Assembly (NCBI GenBank): GCA_965240325.2 | Contig: OZ251232.1 | Location: 620,001 to 684,000, forward strand | Source: Rebecca billardiae RCC1528 | Taxonomy: Eukaryota > Protista > Haptophyta | Length of the DNA: 64,000 bases | Direction: 5' to 3' | Shown: positions 23,653-36,208 of the stretch, piece by piece | How positions within the stretch are numbered: position 1 is the stretch's first letter | Layout: each line of letters begins with the position of its first letter | Notes under the pieces: model-generated | Databases searched by the model: none | Seen by the model: only the letters and a program-made list of their open reading frames with translations | Told to the model about the DNA's origin: nothing | Made by a program: the position numbers and the translations under genes

Positions 23653-24795
23653 GCGCGTGCTGCTGCTGCTGCTGCTGCTGCCGCGCGTGCGCCGCCACGT
23701 CCGCGGCGCGCGCGAGCGGCGCCTTGAGCAATGCCCAGTCCGCGGCCTGCAGCGGCCCCGCGCTGAGCAGCGCGGCGCCGCCCGCGCCGCACGCGCACAC
23801 GAGGCGCGTGGCGCGCGCCGCGCCCTCGTCCGCCCACAGCGCCGCGCTGCCGTGCTGCCGCCACGGCAGCTCAGCCACCGCGGCGCACAGCGCGCGCAGC
23901 TGGGAGCCGCGCGCCGCGCGCCCGCCGCGCCACGAGGCGTCCAAGTCCTCGCCCTCCGCCGAGCGCGCGCGCGAGCCCGCGCCGAGGGGCATGGGCTGCG
24001 CGCCGCCCGCCGAGCTCTGCGCGCGCGCGCTGCTCGGCGGCGCGGCCGCGCCGCCGGGCTCCGCCGCGCTCGCGCCGCCGGCGCCGCGCCGGCGCGCGTC
24101 GGCCGCCGCGGCGCGCTGCGCGTCCGCGAGTGCGCGCGCGGTGGGCGCGAGAGCGGCGAGCGCGCGCGCGCCCGCCGCGCCGAGCAGCGCGGGCGACGCG
24201 CGCACGGCGGCGCCGAGCGCGCGCGCGTACGCGACCGCCGCGTCCGCGGGCATCGGCGCCGCGCCGCGCCGCGGCCGCAGCGCGCGCAGCGCGCGGCCGA
24301 CGCACTCGGCGAGGCGCGGCGCGAGCGCGGCCGCGGCCGCGCCCGCGCGCGCGTGCGCGTGCGCCGCCGCAGCACCCACGGCCTCGAGGGCGGGCGCGAG
24401 CGCGGCGGGCGGCAGCGGCGCGGCGCGGCCGAGCTGCTCGACCACGCGCAGCGCGAGCGCCGCGCTCGGCGCGTCCGCGCCGCCGCCGTCCGCGCAGAGC
24501 GGCAGCGCACGCAGCGCCTCGCGCAGCGCGGTCGCGCCGAGCGCGCCGCGCGCCGCCGCGCGCGCCGCGCAGCCCGCGAGCGCGTCTGGGTGGGCGCGCG
24601 CGTGCGCGGCGTGCTCGCACGCCGCGCGCAGCAGCGCGGCCGCGGCGGCGTGCAGCGGCGGCCGCGCGGACATGGCGTCGACCAGCGCGTGCGTGAGCTC
24701 CGCAGCCGTCGCGCGGCGCGGCTCGGCCGCGCCGCCCGCCGCGCCGCCCGCCGCGGCCGCGCCGTGCTCGCCGAGCCGCGCGCGCGCGCGCGCCG

Positions 24796-24826
<31 letters not shown>

Positions 24827-27557
24827 CGGCGGCGCGGCGGCGGCGGCGCGCTCCGGCGCCCTCGGCGCCCCGGGCGTCGCCGCCGCCGCCGCGGCGTGAC
24901 GCGCGCCCTCCGCGCCGCCGCCGCGGCCGCCGAGCGCGCCGAGCGGCACTGCGGTGGGCGTGGCCGGCTGTGCGCTCGGCTTGAACTGGCCGAGCTCGAA
25001 GCACGCGGCCACCTCCGCCTCGTCCGAGGGGAAGAGGCAGCCGGGCGCGCGCGCGGCGAGGGTGTGCAGTAGCTCGAGGTACGCGAGCTCGGCGCCCACG
25101 CCGTCGAACTCGGCGGAGGACGCGGCGGCGAGCAGCGCGGCGCGCGGCCGCAGCAGCCGCCGCACCCACACCAGTCGCCGCGCCGACCGGCCGCGCGCCG
25201 GGCCGTGGCGCCCGCCGCCCGCGGCGCGCTCGCGGCGCACGGCGATGGCGCGCGCGTCGAGCAGCGCGCGGAGGCAGCGCCGCTGCGCGCCCGACGTCGG
25301 CGCGATGGCGCGCGAGCCCAGCGCGCCGGCGAGCTCGGCGGCGGCGACGCTCGCGCCCGCGAGCGCAACGCCCGCGCCGCCCTCCGCGCCGCCGCCGCCG
25401 CCGCCGCCGCCGCGTTCAGAGCCGCCGCCGCCGCCGCTCGGGCGGCAGCGGCTGAGCAGGTGCGCGGCGGCGAGGTCGTTGGCCGCGAGGTTGATGAGCA
25501 GCGAGACGAGCGCCTCCGCCGCCACGCTCGCGGGCGGCGGCTCGTGCGCGCGCGGCGAGGACGGCGGCTGCGCGCCCAGCGCCGCGCCGCCCGCGGCCCC
25601 GCTCAGAAGCGCAGGCGCGCAGCAGCCGCCGACGCCGACGCCCCCGCCGCCGGGGCCGGCGCCGGCGGCGCCGGCGGCGCCGAGCGCGGCGGCGGCCGCG
25701 ACCGCCGAGGCCGACGCGCCCGTCAGGCTCGCCGAGCGCGAGCGCGAGCTGCGCTCGAGGCCCTCCACCGCGCGGCGCGCGCACGTGCGCACGCACGCGA
25801 GCGCGCGCGCGAGCGCGATCGCGGCGTGCCGGGCGCGCGCGCAGCCGTCCGCGCGCGCGGCCTCCCACGCCGCGCCCGCGCCGTCGGCGCCGCCGCCGCG
25901 CGCGGCGGCGGCGGCGGCGGCGGCGAACGGGTCGTCCGCGTCGACGCGCGCGAGCGCGGCGCGCGCCACGCCGTACGCGCGCGCCACCGCCGCCGCCTCC
26001 TCCGACGCGCGCGCGCCGCCGGCCGCGGCGCGCGCGGCCGCGCCGGGCGGCGGCGCGCACGCGGCGTCCGCGTCGGCGAGCGCGCGGCGCGCCGCCTCGA
26101 GGCCCGCGAGCGCCTCGCCCAGCGCGCGCATCGGCGCCCACTCGAAGAGCGGCGCCGCGCGCGCGTCCACCTCAGCGCCGAGCGCGGCCGGCGCCGACGG
26201 CTCGGCCGCGCCGCCGCCCGCGGCCGCGCCGCCCGCGCCCGCGCCGCGCGCCGCATGCCGCGCGGCGCGCGCGGCGCTCGCGAGGCGTAGCAGCGCCTCG
26301 AGCGCGCTGTCCGCCGCCGCCGCGTCGCACGTGGCCGCGAGGCTCGCCGGCGTGGGCACGGGCGGCATGCTCAGCGCGCACAGCGCGCTGCGCGCGGCGC
26401 GCGCCGGCGGCGGCGACGCGCCCGCGCCCGCGGACGCGTCGGCGGCCGCGGCCGCCGCAGCATTGTCGTCGCGCCAGCGCGCGCGCGCGGCGGCGCCGAG
26501 CGCCGAGTGCGCGGCGGGCTCGGCGAGCGGCGCGGCGGCGCCGGCGCGCGCCGAGGCGACGAGCGCGCACGCCGCCACCGCGTGGCCGAGCGCGCTCAGC
26601 GAGGCCGCATGCGCGCGCGCCGCGCCGCCGGGCCCGGCGGCGGCGCGCTCGGCCTCGGCCGCCGCCGCCGCCGCCGCCGCCGAGAGCACACCGCTCACGC
26701 CGCCGGCGCGCGCGGCGGCGCCGAGCGCGGCGGCGGAGGGCGAGCGCGCGCTCGCCGCGCGCGCGTCCGCGGCCGCGCGCGCGCGCAGCCCGGCGGCCAG
26801 CCCGCTCACCAGCCCGGGCCACGCCGGGAACGCTCGCTGCAGCACGAACCGACTGCGGCTGCTGGCGGCGAGAGCTCCGAGCGCGCACGCACGGTGCGCG
26901 AGCAGCAGGCGCGCCGCGTCTGGGCACGTGGCGAGGAGGGCGGCGGCGAAGCCGCGCGGCGGCGGCGGTGCCGCGTGCTGCTGCGCGCGCGCACCGACGC
27001 CGCCTCCGGGCCCGCCCTCCGACTCGGCGCGCGCGGCGCGTGCTTGCCCAGGCAGCTCCCGGCCGGCAGAGCGCGCGCGCCGCAGGGTGCCCGGCGCGGC
27101 CGTGCCGAGAGCGCGGCCGCACGCGGCCACTGCGTCACGCCCGCTGCCGAGCGCGGCGCCCACCGCCGCGGCGGCCCAGGAGGAGCGGCGGCGGAGCAAG
27201 CCCAGGTCGGTGCCGCCCGACTCGCCGCCGTCCTCGGCGTCCGCGTCGGCGGCAGCCGCGTCGGCGGCGTCCGCGGCGGCGCCCGCGTGCGCACGCGCGC
27301 CCTCGCCGCCGCCGCCGCCGCCGCCGTCGCGAGCGGCGCCGCGCGCGCGCTCGGCGTCCGCCGGCGCGGCCTGGAGCAGCGCGATCGCCAGCCCGAGCCC
27401 GTTCTTCGTCTCGCCAAAGTCCGCATGCCGGTACCCCTTCGACGGCAGCACCTCGCCGCTCAGCGCACCGAGCGCAGAAGGAGTGCCGCCGCTGCCGCCG
27501 CGCGCGCCGCCGCCGCTGCCGCCGCTGCCGCCGCGCGCGCCGCCGCCGCCGCCCCGC

Positions 27558-27593
<36 letters not shown>

Positions 27594-27919
27594 GCGGGCG
27601 GCTGCGCGGGCGAGGTGCTTGCCGAGCGGTTCTCGCGGCGCTGCGAGGGCGGGCGCAGCCCGAGCCGCGCCGTGCCGCCGCCGCCCGCGGGCGTGCACGG
27701 CGCCGCGCGCTGCGCGCCGCCGCCCTCCGCAGAGTCCGGCGCGGCCGCGCTGTCACAGCCCGCGCGGCGCGGCGCGGCGCGGCCGTCCGGGGCGCGCGGC
27801 GGCCCGAAGAGCGGGGCGCGTGAGCTCACCTTGCGCCCGGACCAGCCGCCGCCGCCGCCGCTGCCGTCCGCGCTCGCCGTGGACGAGCGCGCGGACGCGG
27901 GCGGCGTGCGGTGGCCACA

Positions 27920-27967
<48 letters not shown>

Positions 27968-29934
27968 TGCGCTGCTGCTGCTGTCCGCACCGCCGAGCGC
28001 CGCGCGGCGCGCCGCGCCCTCCGCGCGGCCGAATGAGTGCACGCGGCGGATCTGCGCCGCCGCGCCGGACTTGAGCGCGTGCGACACGCGGCGGAACGAC
28101 GAGGCGCGGCGCACGGGCGCGGCGGGCGGCGGCGCGCGCCCGAGCGCAACATCCAGCACGCTGCCTCGCGCGAGCGGCGGCAGGCCCGGCGCAAAGGCGG
28201 CACAGAGCGCGGCGGCGGCGAAGGGCTGGCCGAGGGCGAGGGCGGCGTGCACGCCGCGCCAGCGCACGCAGAGCGGGCCGAGCGCGCGCGCGAGCAGCGG
28301 CAGCGCGCCCACGCGCGCGCCCGGCGGCGCGCGCGCCGGCGGCGCGCCGGCGGCGCCGGCCGGCGCGCGCGCGCGCGCCCACAGCGCCGCGCGCGCGCCG
28401 TGCGCGCGCTGCCGCGCCCCCGGGTCGAGCTCGGCGTGCGGGCTGGGCGGCGCGGAGCGGCGCGGCGTGGCGGGCGTGCCGCCGCAGCTCGGCGGCGGCG
28501 CGCCGCCCCAGCCGCCGTCGTCGTCCGCCGCGCCTAGCTGCACATCTCTCCAGCCGTCGCCGCCGCCATCGCACCCGTCGCCGCCGCCATCGCCGCCGCG
28601 CGCGGCTGCGGCCGCGCCGTCGCCGCCGCCATCGCCGCCGCGCGCGGCTGCGGCGGCGCCGTCGTCCGGGCCGCCGCAGTCCCACCCGCCGCCGCCGGGC
28701 GCGGCGGTGGGCAGCGCGTACGCCAGCACCGCCGCGAGCTCGTCGAGCACGCCCAGCGCACGCAGCGCGTGCGCGCGCGCGCCGCCCGCACCGCCCGCAC
28801 CGCCCGCGCCGCCCGCGCCGCCCGCGCCGCCCCCCGTCTGCGCCGCCTGCGCGTGCGGCGCGTGCGCGCGTGAGAGGCCGAGCGCCGAGCCTCGGGAGAG
28901 CGAGGCGCGGGGCCCGAGCGGCGGCGGGCGCGGCGACGCGGGGGCGACCGTGCTAGAGGCGGCGGCGGGCGGCGGCGGCGGCAGCGCCTCGAGCCGAGGG
29001 CCGCACGCGCTCACGGCGTGCGCCGCCGCCGCCTGCGCCACCGCAGCCCAGAACGCGGCGCGGCCGCGCGCGGCCGCGGAGCCGGTGGGCGGCGGCGCGG
29101 CGGCGGCGGCGCCGAGGTCGGCCAGGGCGAGGCGGGCGAGGGGCGCGCGGAGCGGCGCGCACTCCGCGCCGCGCGCGCACGCCCACGCCGGCGCGCGCGC
29201 GCTCAGCGCGCATAGCACGGCCGCGAGCGCGGCCGCGCCGCGCGCGCCGTCCGCGTCCGCCGCGCACACGGCGTGCGCAATCCGCAGCAGCTGCGCGCAC
29301 GCAGCGCTGGCCTCGGCGGGCGCGGGCGCGGCGGCGGGGCCGGTGGCGCCGTGCGCGGGGCTCCTCGCGCCGCGCCGATCGACGACGCGCGTGCGCGCCG
29401 CCGCGAGCGCGAGCGCGCCCGCCGCGCGCACGCGCAGCGCGCACTCGTCGCAGCCGCCGCAGCCGGCGCCGCAGCCGTCCGCGTCGGCGGCGAGCGAAGC
29501 TGCGACCAGCGCGCACGCGGCCGCGCGCGCCGCGGTGGCCAGCTGCTGCGCGGCCGAGCCCGCGCGCCGCGCCGCCGCGTCGCGCTCCGAGCCGCGCGCG
29601 CGGCGCGCGCCGCGCACCGTCTGGCCCGGCCGCTCGCCCTCGCCGTCCGAGCCGCCGCTGCTGTCGCTGAGCGCGAGGTCGCGCGGCGCGCGCGCGGATG
29701 GGTGGTGCGCGCGCGGGGACGTGCTGCCCGCGCCGATGCCAACACCGCCGCCGACGGCTGCGGCGCGTGGCATGAGCAGCTGCGCGCGGCCGCCCGCGGC
29801 TGCAGCGGCGGCGGCCGCGCCGTCCTCCTCCTCCTCAGCCGAGCCCCAGCCCTCGTCCGCCGAGCCCTCCGACGCCGAGCACACGCCGCCGCCGCCCCAC
29901 TCGGAGGCGGCGGCGCCGAGCGAGCGCGCGCCGT

Positions 29935-29979
<45 letters not shown>

Positions 29980-30800
29980 GGCCGGGGGTGCGCGAGCCGA
30001 GGCCGAGGCGGAGCAGTGCGGGCACGAGCGCGCGCGCCGCGAGGGAGCGCGCGTCCACCACCGCCTCGGCCGCGCGCGCGCCCTCGCCACCGCCGCCCTC
30101 GCCCTCGCCCGGCGGCAGGCCGAAGCGCGGGCGCGCGCGCAGCAGCCGGGCGCGCGCGCACGCGCACGCGCGCGGCGGCGGCGCGGCGCGGCGCGCGCCG
30201 TCGGCGCCCTCGGCGGCGGCCGCGGCGGCCAGCTCGGCCAGAAGCTGCTCGGGCGCGAGCGGTCTCTGCAGCAGCGCGGTGAGCGTGAGGAGGCCCTCCG
30301 CGCGCACGCGCGCCGCGTGCCGCGCCGCGCGGCCGACCGGGCGGTGCGCGGCCGATGGCCGCCGCCCGGCCCCGCTCGGCGCGCCGCGCGCGCACCCGTC
30401 GGCCGCGCCTGCGCACCAGCACACGCGCAGCAGCAGCCGCGCACACGCCACCTCCGCCGCGGCCGCCGCGGGCGCGTGCGCGTGCGCGTGCGCGGGCGCG
30501 TGCGCGGCGGCCTCCGCGCCGAGCGCGAGCGCGCGGCCCCAGCGCGAGTCCACCGCCGCGCCGCCGCCGCCGCCCTCCGTCTCAAAATCGTCCGACGCGT
30601 CGGCCAGCGTTGGGAACTCAGCGCCTCGGCCGAGCGCGCCGCGCAGCGCCAGGCTCGCGAGCAGGCGGCGCGTGGGCAGCCCGAGGTTGCTGGCGGCGCA
30701 CGCGTGCAGCGGGAGGCAGTCGAGCGCGCGCAGCACCGCGCTCGCCACCTCCGAGTCCGGCAGCGCGGCCGGCGCGCCGCCGCCCACGCCGCCCGTGCCC

Positions 30801-30850
<50 letters not shown>

Positions 30851-32995
30851 ACCGCCCTCTGAGGGTGAGAGCCTTGGGCGCGCGCCCGCAGCCGCCGCCG
30901 AGGCGCGCGCCGCCGCCGCGCGCGCGAGCGCGCCCGCCGTCTGCAGCGCGCCGCGCACGGCCGCGCCGGGCGTGGACGGCGCGCCGGTGGGCGAGACCAG
31001 CCACGGGCTGCCGCCGCCGCTGCCGCTGCCCATCGCGCTGCCGCCAAGGCCACCGCTGCCGCCCGCGCCGTACAGGCCGGCGTGCGCATGAGGCCCTGGG
31101 CCGCACCCGCCGTGCGCGCCGCCGCCGCCACCCGGGCGCGCGCGCGAGCTGACGGCGGCGAGCACGTCGACCAGCGACTCGAGCGCGAGCGGCAGCAGCT
31201 CGGGCTGCGCGGCGCACAGCCCGCCGAGCGCGCGCGCCGCGCCGTGCCGCGCGCGCCCGTCGCGCGCGTGCGTGCACACGCGCAGCAGCTGCACCGCCGC
31301 GCGCGCCTGCGCCGGCCACGCCGCGCGCGCGCGGCGCAGGTCGTGCGCGCGCGCGAGCGTGGCGTGGAGCGCGAAGAGCGCACAGCCGCCCTCGGCCGGC
31401 GCGCCGAGCGCGGCGCCGCGCCCGTCCTCGGCGGCGGCGGCGGCTGGCGCGGCGGCGGCGGGCGCGGCCGCGGCGGGCGCGGCCGCGGCCGTCGCCGCGC
31501 GCAGCCGCGCGGCCGCGTCCGCGGCTGCGAGCGCCTCCGCGCCGCTCGGAGCTCGGCGCGCGCTCGGCCGCGACACGGCGACCGCCAGCCGCGCCCAGCC
31601 GTCCACGTCCTCCGCCTCCTCGTGCGCGCCGCCGCCGCCGTCGCGCGCGCGCGCGGGCGGCGCGCCGCGCGGCTGCGGGCCGACCATCACGCCGAGCGCA
31701 GCGATGGGCCCTTCGGGCAGGGCGCCGTCCGCGTGCGACGCGGAGGGCGCGCAGAGCGGGTGGGGGGCGAGCGCGTCCGCCGCCCAGTGCGCCCACACCG
31801 CGCCGCTCTCCGTCGGCTGCTCGCCCGGCGGCTGCGCGTGCGGCCGCGTCGCGCACAGCAGCCGAGCGCACGCCTCGGAGACCGCCGCGCGCGCGCGCAC
31901 CACCGCCGCCGCGCTCGCGGGCGGCGGCGCCGACGGCTGCGCGCGAGCGTCGACCCCGCCGGGCACGGGCGCGGGCGGCTCGGCCGCGCCGGCCGAGAGC
32001 GCGCACAGCGCCGCGTGCGTGAAGTCCGCCACGCAGCCCGCGCTCGCGCTGATCGAGATCCGCCAGCGGCGCGCGGGCGCGAGCGAGATGGCGACGGCGT
32101 GGGCGAGGGACTGGACGCCGCCGTGGTGGGGCGCGGTGCCCGGTGCGCCCGCCGCCGGCGCGTGCGCCGGCTGCGCCGCGGAGCCCGCCGCCGCCAGCAG
32201 CGCGCGCGCGTGCCGAGCGCCCGCCTCCGCCCACGGCAGCAGCCGGAGCGAAGCGGCAAGCTGCTCGTCCGACCTCGCGACGCCGCCGCCGCCAGCGCCG
32301 CTGTCGTCGTCGCCCTCGCCGAGCTGCGCGTCGAGCGAGCCCGCGGGGTGCTCGTGCGAGGCCGCGTGCGCGAGCGCCGCGCCGACCAGCGCCGCGACCG
32401 CGCCGCCCGACGCCAGCTCGGCCGCCGCGAGCGGCGCGAGGCACACGGCCCACGGCGGTGCGCCCGGCCGCGACAGCAGCGCTGCAGAGAGCGCGGCGCG
32501 CGCGGCGGGCGGCGAGGCGCGGAGCGCCGGGCGGAGGGCGCGGAGGGCGGGCTCGAGGATCGGCGTGGGCGTGCGCGCCACCCACCCCTGCAGCACGTCC
32601 GCGACCACCTCGGCGCCCTCGCGCGGACTCGCGCCGGCGCCGGCCGCCACGCCGCCGCCGCCGCCGCCGTCGCTGCCGATGGCCTCGGCGACGAGCGCGG
32701 CGCAGACGTGCTGCTCGTACGAGATCTCGAAGACGGCGTCGGATGCGTACGAGATCGCGTGCTCGCGCAGTCGCTCCAGCCGCACGTGCAGCTCGGCGCC
32801 CGCATCGGCGCTGGGCGGCGGCACGTGGGCCGGCCACGCGAGCTCGGCGCGCGCTGTGCCCGGCGCGCCGACCCACGCGACGGCGCGAGCCTCGTCGACG
32901 GCGCGCACGAGCGCAGCGGCATCGTCCTCGAGGTCGAGCAGCCGCTGGAGCGCGCCCACCAGCCGGTCAAGCCGGCCGCCGAGCTCGAGCGCCAT
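21131..32995 (-). CDS. Giant (~3950 aa) Ala/Gly-rich protein, probably a HEAT/ARM-like helical solenoid; function unknown
   Basis: 11.9-kb uninterrupted frame from ATG 32995 (MALELGGRLDRLVGALQRLLDL). Amphipathic helical blocks (e.g. RHGAARALGGLCAAQPELLPLALESLVDVL, ALVSLLINLAANDL) separated by low-complexity linkers. Hidden in-frame introns cannot be excluded. Confidence 0.7.
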
Positions 32996-33212
32996 GCCTC
33001 GGCCTGACCGACGCGCTACGTTGCCGCCATCGCTCCGAGGGTTCTTCAAGCATCAAGGGTGCGCGGGCCCGGCGGCGGAGTCCACGCAGCAGCTTCAGTT
33101 TTCTGTTTTCATCCTTTCTTGGGACAGATCCAAAACGAGGAGGACGCGCGGCTACGGAAAAAGTTTTTTGCCTTTTTGGTCGGCCGGCGGCCCGCCCGGG
33201 CGGGCGGGCGCG

Positions 33213-34325
33213 ATGGCCGACGCCTTCGCGTCGAGCGAGGGCTTCCGTGCGCTCCCAAGGGTCGTCGAGATCCTCCGCCTCATCCTCGACCGCGTCCCGC
33301 CGGAGGACGCCGCGTGCGTCGCGCTCACATGCCGCGCGTTTGCAGAGGCGGCCTTTGCGCAGCACGGTCGGCCTCTGCGCACGTGGGCGCGGCACTTCTG
33401 CGCGCGGGCCTCGCGGCTGGCGTGGGCGCTCGAGGCGGGCGGGTGTCCGCGAATGGGGCGCATGTGGCTGTGGGCCGTCGAGCTCGGTGACGTGCCCGTC
33501 ATGGAGTGCGTCGAGCGCGCGTTCGGCCCGAGCGCGGAGCGATGCGACGCGTCGGGACCGGCGCTCTGCGCGGCGGCGGCGCAGCGCGGCGCACTCGACA
33601 TTCTGGCGTGGCTGCACGCGCGGGGCTTTGCGTGGGACAAGTCCACGATGCGCGCCGCCTGCGTCGGCGGCCATCTCGACACTCTGTGCGCGCAGAGGGC
33701 CCGCCGCGCCGCGCCGCGCCGCGCCGCGCGCCCGGCCGCCACACGCTCACACAGCCGCGCCGCCCTCCGGCTCTCGCCCCGCGCCGGCAGCGCGTTCTGC
33801 GTGGAGCACGGCTGCCCCGTCGACCTCCTCGCGTGCCACGCCGCCGCGGCGCACGGGCACATCGTCACGTTGCGCTGGCTGCTGGCGCACACCGAGTGCA
33901 AGCTGTACAACCGCACCGCGGCCGAGGCGGCCAAGGCGGGCGAGTTTGAGACGCTCGTGTACTTGCACGAGGTGGCGGGGTGCCCTTGGGACGCGCGCGT
34001 GTGCGCGTGGGCCGCGGCGGCGGGGCACCTGCCCATCCTCACCTACGCGCGCGAGCGCGGCTGCCCGGTCGACGCGAGCGCCACGACGGCCGCCGCGCTG
34101 CACGGCCAGCTGGCCGTGTGCCGCTGGCTGCACGCGCGCGGCGTCGAGTTCACAGAGCACGCGTGCGCGGCCGCGGCGTGCCTCGCCGACCCACGCGTGC
34201 TCGCGTACCTGCGGCAGGAGGTGCGCTGCCCGTGGGACCGCGAGCAGTGCCTAGAGCTCGCGCAGTCGCGTGCCATCTCGCACCGCGTCGCGAGCTGGAT
34301 CCTCGCACACCCTGCCGAGCCCTGA
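33213..34325 (+). CDS. F-box-like plus ankyrin-repeat (GCPWD-type) protein
   Basis: Exons 33213-33685 and 33791-34325 (105-nt in-frame intron GTGCGC...GGCAG). N-terminus VVEILRLILDRVPPEDAACVALTCRAFAEA; repeats AAAAHGHIVTLRWL, YLHEVAGCPWDARVCAWAAAAGHLPILTYARERGCP, YLRQEVRCPWD. Confidence 0.82.
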   Translation: MADAFASSEGFRALPRVVEILRLILDRVPPEDAACVALTCRAFAEAAFAQHGRPLRTWARHFCARASRLAWALEAGGCPRMGRMWLWAVELGDVPVMECVERAFGPSAERCDASGPALCAAAAQRGALDILAWLHARGFAWDKSTMRAACVGGHLDTLCAQRARRAAPRRAARPAATRSHSRAALRLSPRAGSAFCVEHGCPVDLLACHAAAAHGHIVTLRWLLAHTECKLYNRTAAEAAKAGEFETLVYLHEVAGCPWDARVCAWAAAAGHLPILTYARERGCPVDASATTAAALHGQLAVCRWLHARGVEFTEHACAAAACLADPRVLAYLRQEVRCPWDREQCLELAQSRAISHRVASWILAHPAEP

Positions 34326-34555
34326 CGAGCCTGTCAGCAATCGCGTGATGAGCACAGCAGAAATATAGCATCGTCAGATGAAGCAGTCGTCAGTCGCACG
34401 GTCATCGCGTTTACTTTATTAGTTTTCGGAGCTTTTGTTGCCCATTGGCCATTGCTGATTCCACTTTTCGGGTCGTTCCGCGGCGGCCCCGAGACGGGTC
34501 GCCGCGGCGACTGGAAGGTCCGCGAAGCATCGCTGGCAGCGCGACCGCCGTGCTG

Positions 34556-36208
34556 ATGGCGACGATGTCCGCGCCGGTGTTGCTGGGCCTGGCGTGCCTG
34601 GGCATGCGCCCGGGCCTGCCGCCGATGGCGAGCACGCGCGTGCGCATGCTCACTCGCGCCTCGCTGCGCGCACAGACGCCGCCGCCAGAGTCGGCGGGCG
34701 CGGTGGCGCCCGCGTCGCCGGCCGCCATCCCGGTCGCGGCGGACGCGCCCGCGGCGCAGCCGCAGAGCGAGTTCCAGTGGACAAAGCAGTGGTACCCCGT
34801 GGCGGTCGTCGAGTACCTCGACCCGGAGAAGCCGCACGCGATGCAGCTGCTCGGCATGGACGTCGTTCTCTGGAACGACGGCAAGATTGAGGGCGCGACA
34901 GCGACGACGACCAAGAAGGAGCGCAAGCGCGGTCAGCGGCGCACGGGCGGCACGTGGCGCTGCTTCGAGGACGCGTGCCCGCACCGGCTCGCGCCGCTGA
35001 GCGAGGGGCGCGTCGAGGAGACGGGCGAGCTGCTCTGCGCGTACCACGGCTGGCGCTTCGAGGGGGGCGGCGGCTGCACGGCGATCCCGCAGGCGGCGCC
35101 CGGCGACGAGGAGCAGCGGCTGATGGCGAACCCGAAGGCGCAGTGCAACGCGTTCCCGACGATGGAGGCGGACGGGCTGCTCTGGGTCTGGCCCGAGTCG
35201 GGGCCGAACGCCGCCCTCGAGGCCGCCGCCACGCGCGCGCCCGCGCTCGTGCCCGAGCTGCACGACGACGCGCTGCGCGCGTCGGGCCGCGTGAAGCAGC
35301 TGCCGTGGAACGTGCGCGAGCTGCCGTACGGCTGGGACTACTTCGTCGAGAACGTGAACGACCCGGCGCACGTGAGCGTGAGCCACCACGGCATCGTGGG
35401 CAGCCGGTACTCCACGCAGAACCGCTTCGAGATCGAGCTCGACCGGCCGGTGAGCGCGCAGGACGGCTTCAGCCTGCGCGTGCTCAACGAGGGCATGGAG
35501 CCGGGCGCGTCCAGCACCAACGACTTCCGCCCGCCCGCGCTGACGCAGCTCACGTCGGAGAACGCGCAGGGCGGCAAGATGATTCTCGCGCTGTACGCCA
35601 CGCCGACCAAGCCCGGCTTCTGCAGGCACATCGGCTGCCAGGTCCTCGTCAAGAACCGCGACGGCAGCACGCCGCGCGGCATCGGCGCGTTCGACCTGCC
35701 GATGCCCAAGTGGCTGCTGCACGTGACCGCCAGCCTCTTCCTCAACCAGGACGCGGTCTTCCTGCACCGGCAGGAGAAGATCCTCGCCAAGAAGGGGTAC
35801 GAGGCGCGCGCGGGCGGCGGCTCGTACGCGCGCGCCGTGTACACGCCGACGCAGGCGGACAAGGCGCTGCTCACGTTCAGGGGCTGGCTCGAGCAGCGCG
35901 CGGGCGGCGGCGTGCCGTGGCGCTGCGATCCGACGCTGCCGCCCGCCGCGGACGAGAAGGCGCTCTTCGACGTGTACGAGTCGCACGTCAAGGACTGCCA
36001 GTACTGCCTCGGCGCGCTCGTCAAGCTGCGCCGCGCGCGCGCCCTCTCCTTCGTCGCCTCCGCGCTGCTCGCGACGGCGGCGCGCGCGGTGATCGGCGTC
36101 GTGCCGGCGACGGGGCTCGCCGCGCTCGCCGCTGGCGTCGGGTGCGCGCTCGGCAAGCTGATCAGCCTGTTCTATCGGTACGAGTTCTCGCACGCCAACA
36201 ACAACTGA
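34556..36208 (+). CDS. Rieske non-heme iron oxygenase of the PAO/PTC52/TIC55 family, probably plastid-targeted
   Basis: FQWTKQWYPVA; Rieske ligands DACPHRLAPLSEG...LCAYHGWRF; mononuclear Fe site ENVNDPAHVSVSHH; FLNQDAVFL; C-terminal HVKDCQYC plus a hydrophobic tail; signal-plus-transit-like N-terminus. Confidence 0.92.
   Translation: MATMSAPVLLGLACLGMRPGLPPMASTRVRMLTRASLRAQTPPPESAGAVAPASPAAIPVAADAPAAQPQSEFQWTKQWYPVAVVEYLDPEKPHAMQLLGMDVVLWNDGKIEGATATTTKKERKRGQRRTGGTWRCFEDACPHRLAPLSEGRVEETGELLCAYHGWRFEGGGGCTAIPQAAPGDEEQRLMANPKAQCNAFPTMEADGLLWVWPESGPNAALEAAATRAPALVPELHDDALRASGRVKQLPWNVRELPYGWDYFVENVNDPAHVSVSHHGIVGSRYSTQNRFEIELDRPVSAQDGFSLRVLNEGMEPGASSTNDFRPPALTQLTSENAQGGKMILALYATPTKPGFCRHIGCQVLVKNRDGSTPRGIGAFDLPMPKWLLHVTASLFLNQDAVFLHRQEKILAKKGYEARAGGGSYARAVYTPTQADKALLTFRGWLEQRAGGGVPWRCDPTLPPAADEKALFDVYESHVKDCQYCLGALVKLRRARALSFVASALLATAARAVIGVVPATGLAALAAGVGCALGKLISLFYRYEFSHANNN

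Noticed and set aside
24954-31091. 2045-aa plus-strand ORF, and similar long Arg/Ala/Pro-rich ORFs such as 20895-23213, 31272-33212 and 61140-63602
   Set aside because: Shadow frames antisense to real genes; stop codons are rare at this GC content and the translations have no domain-like content.
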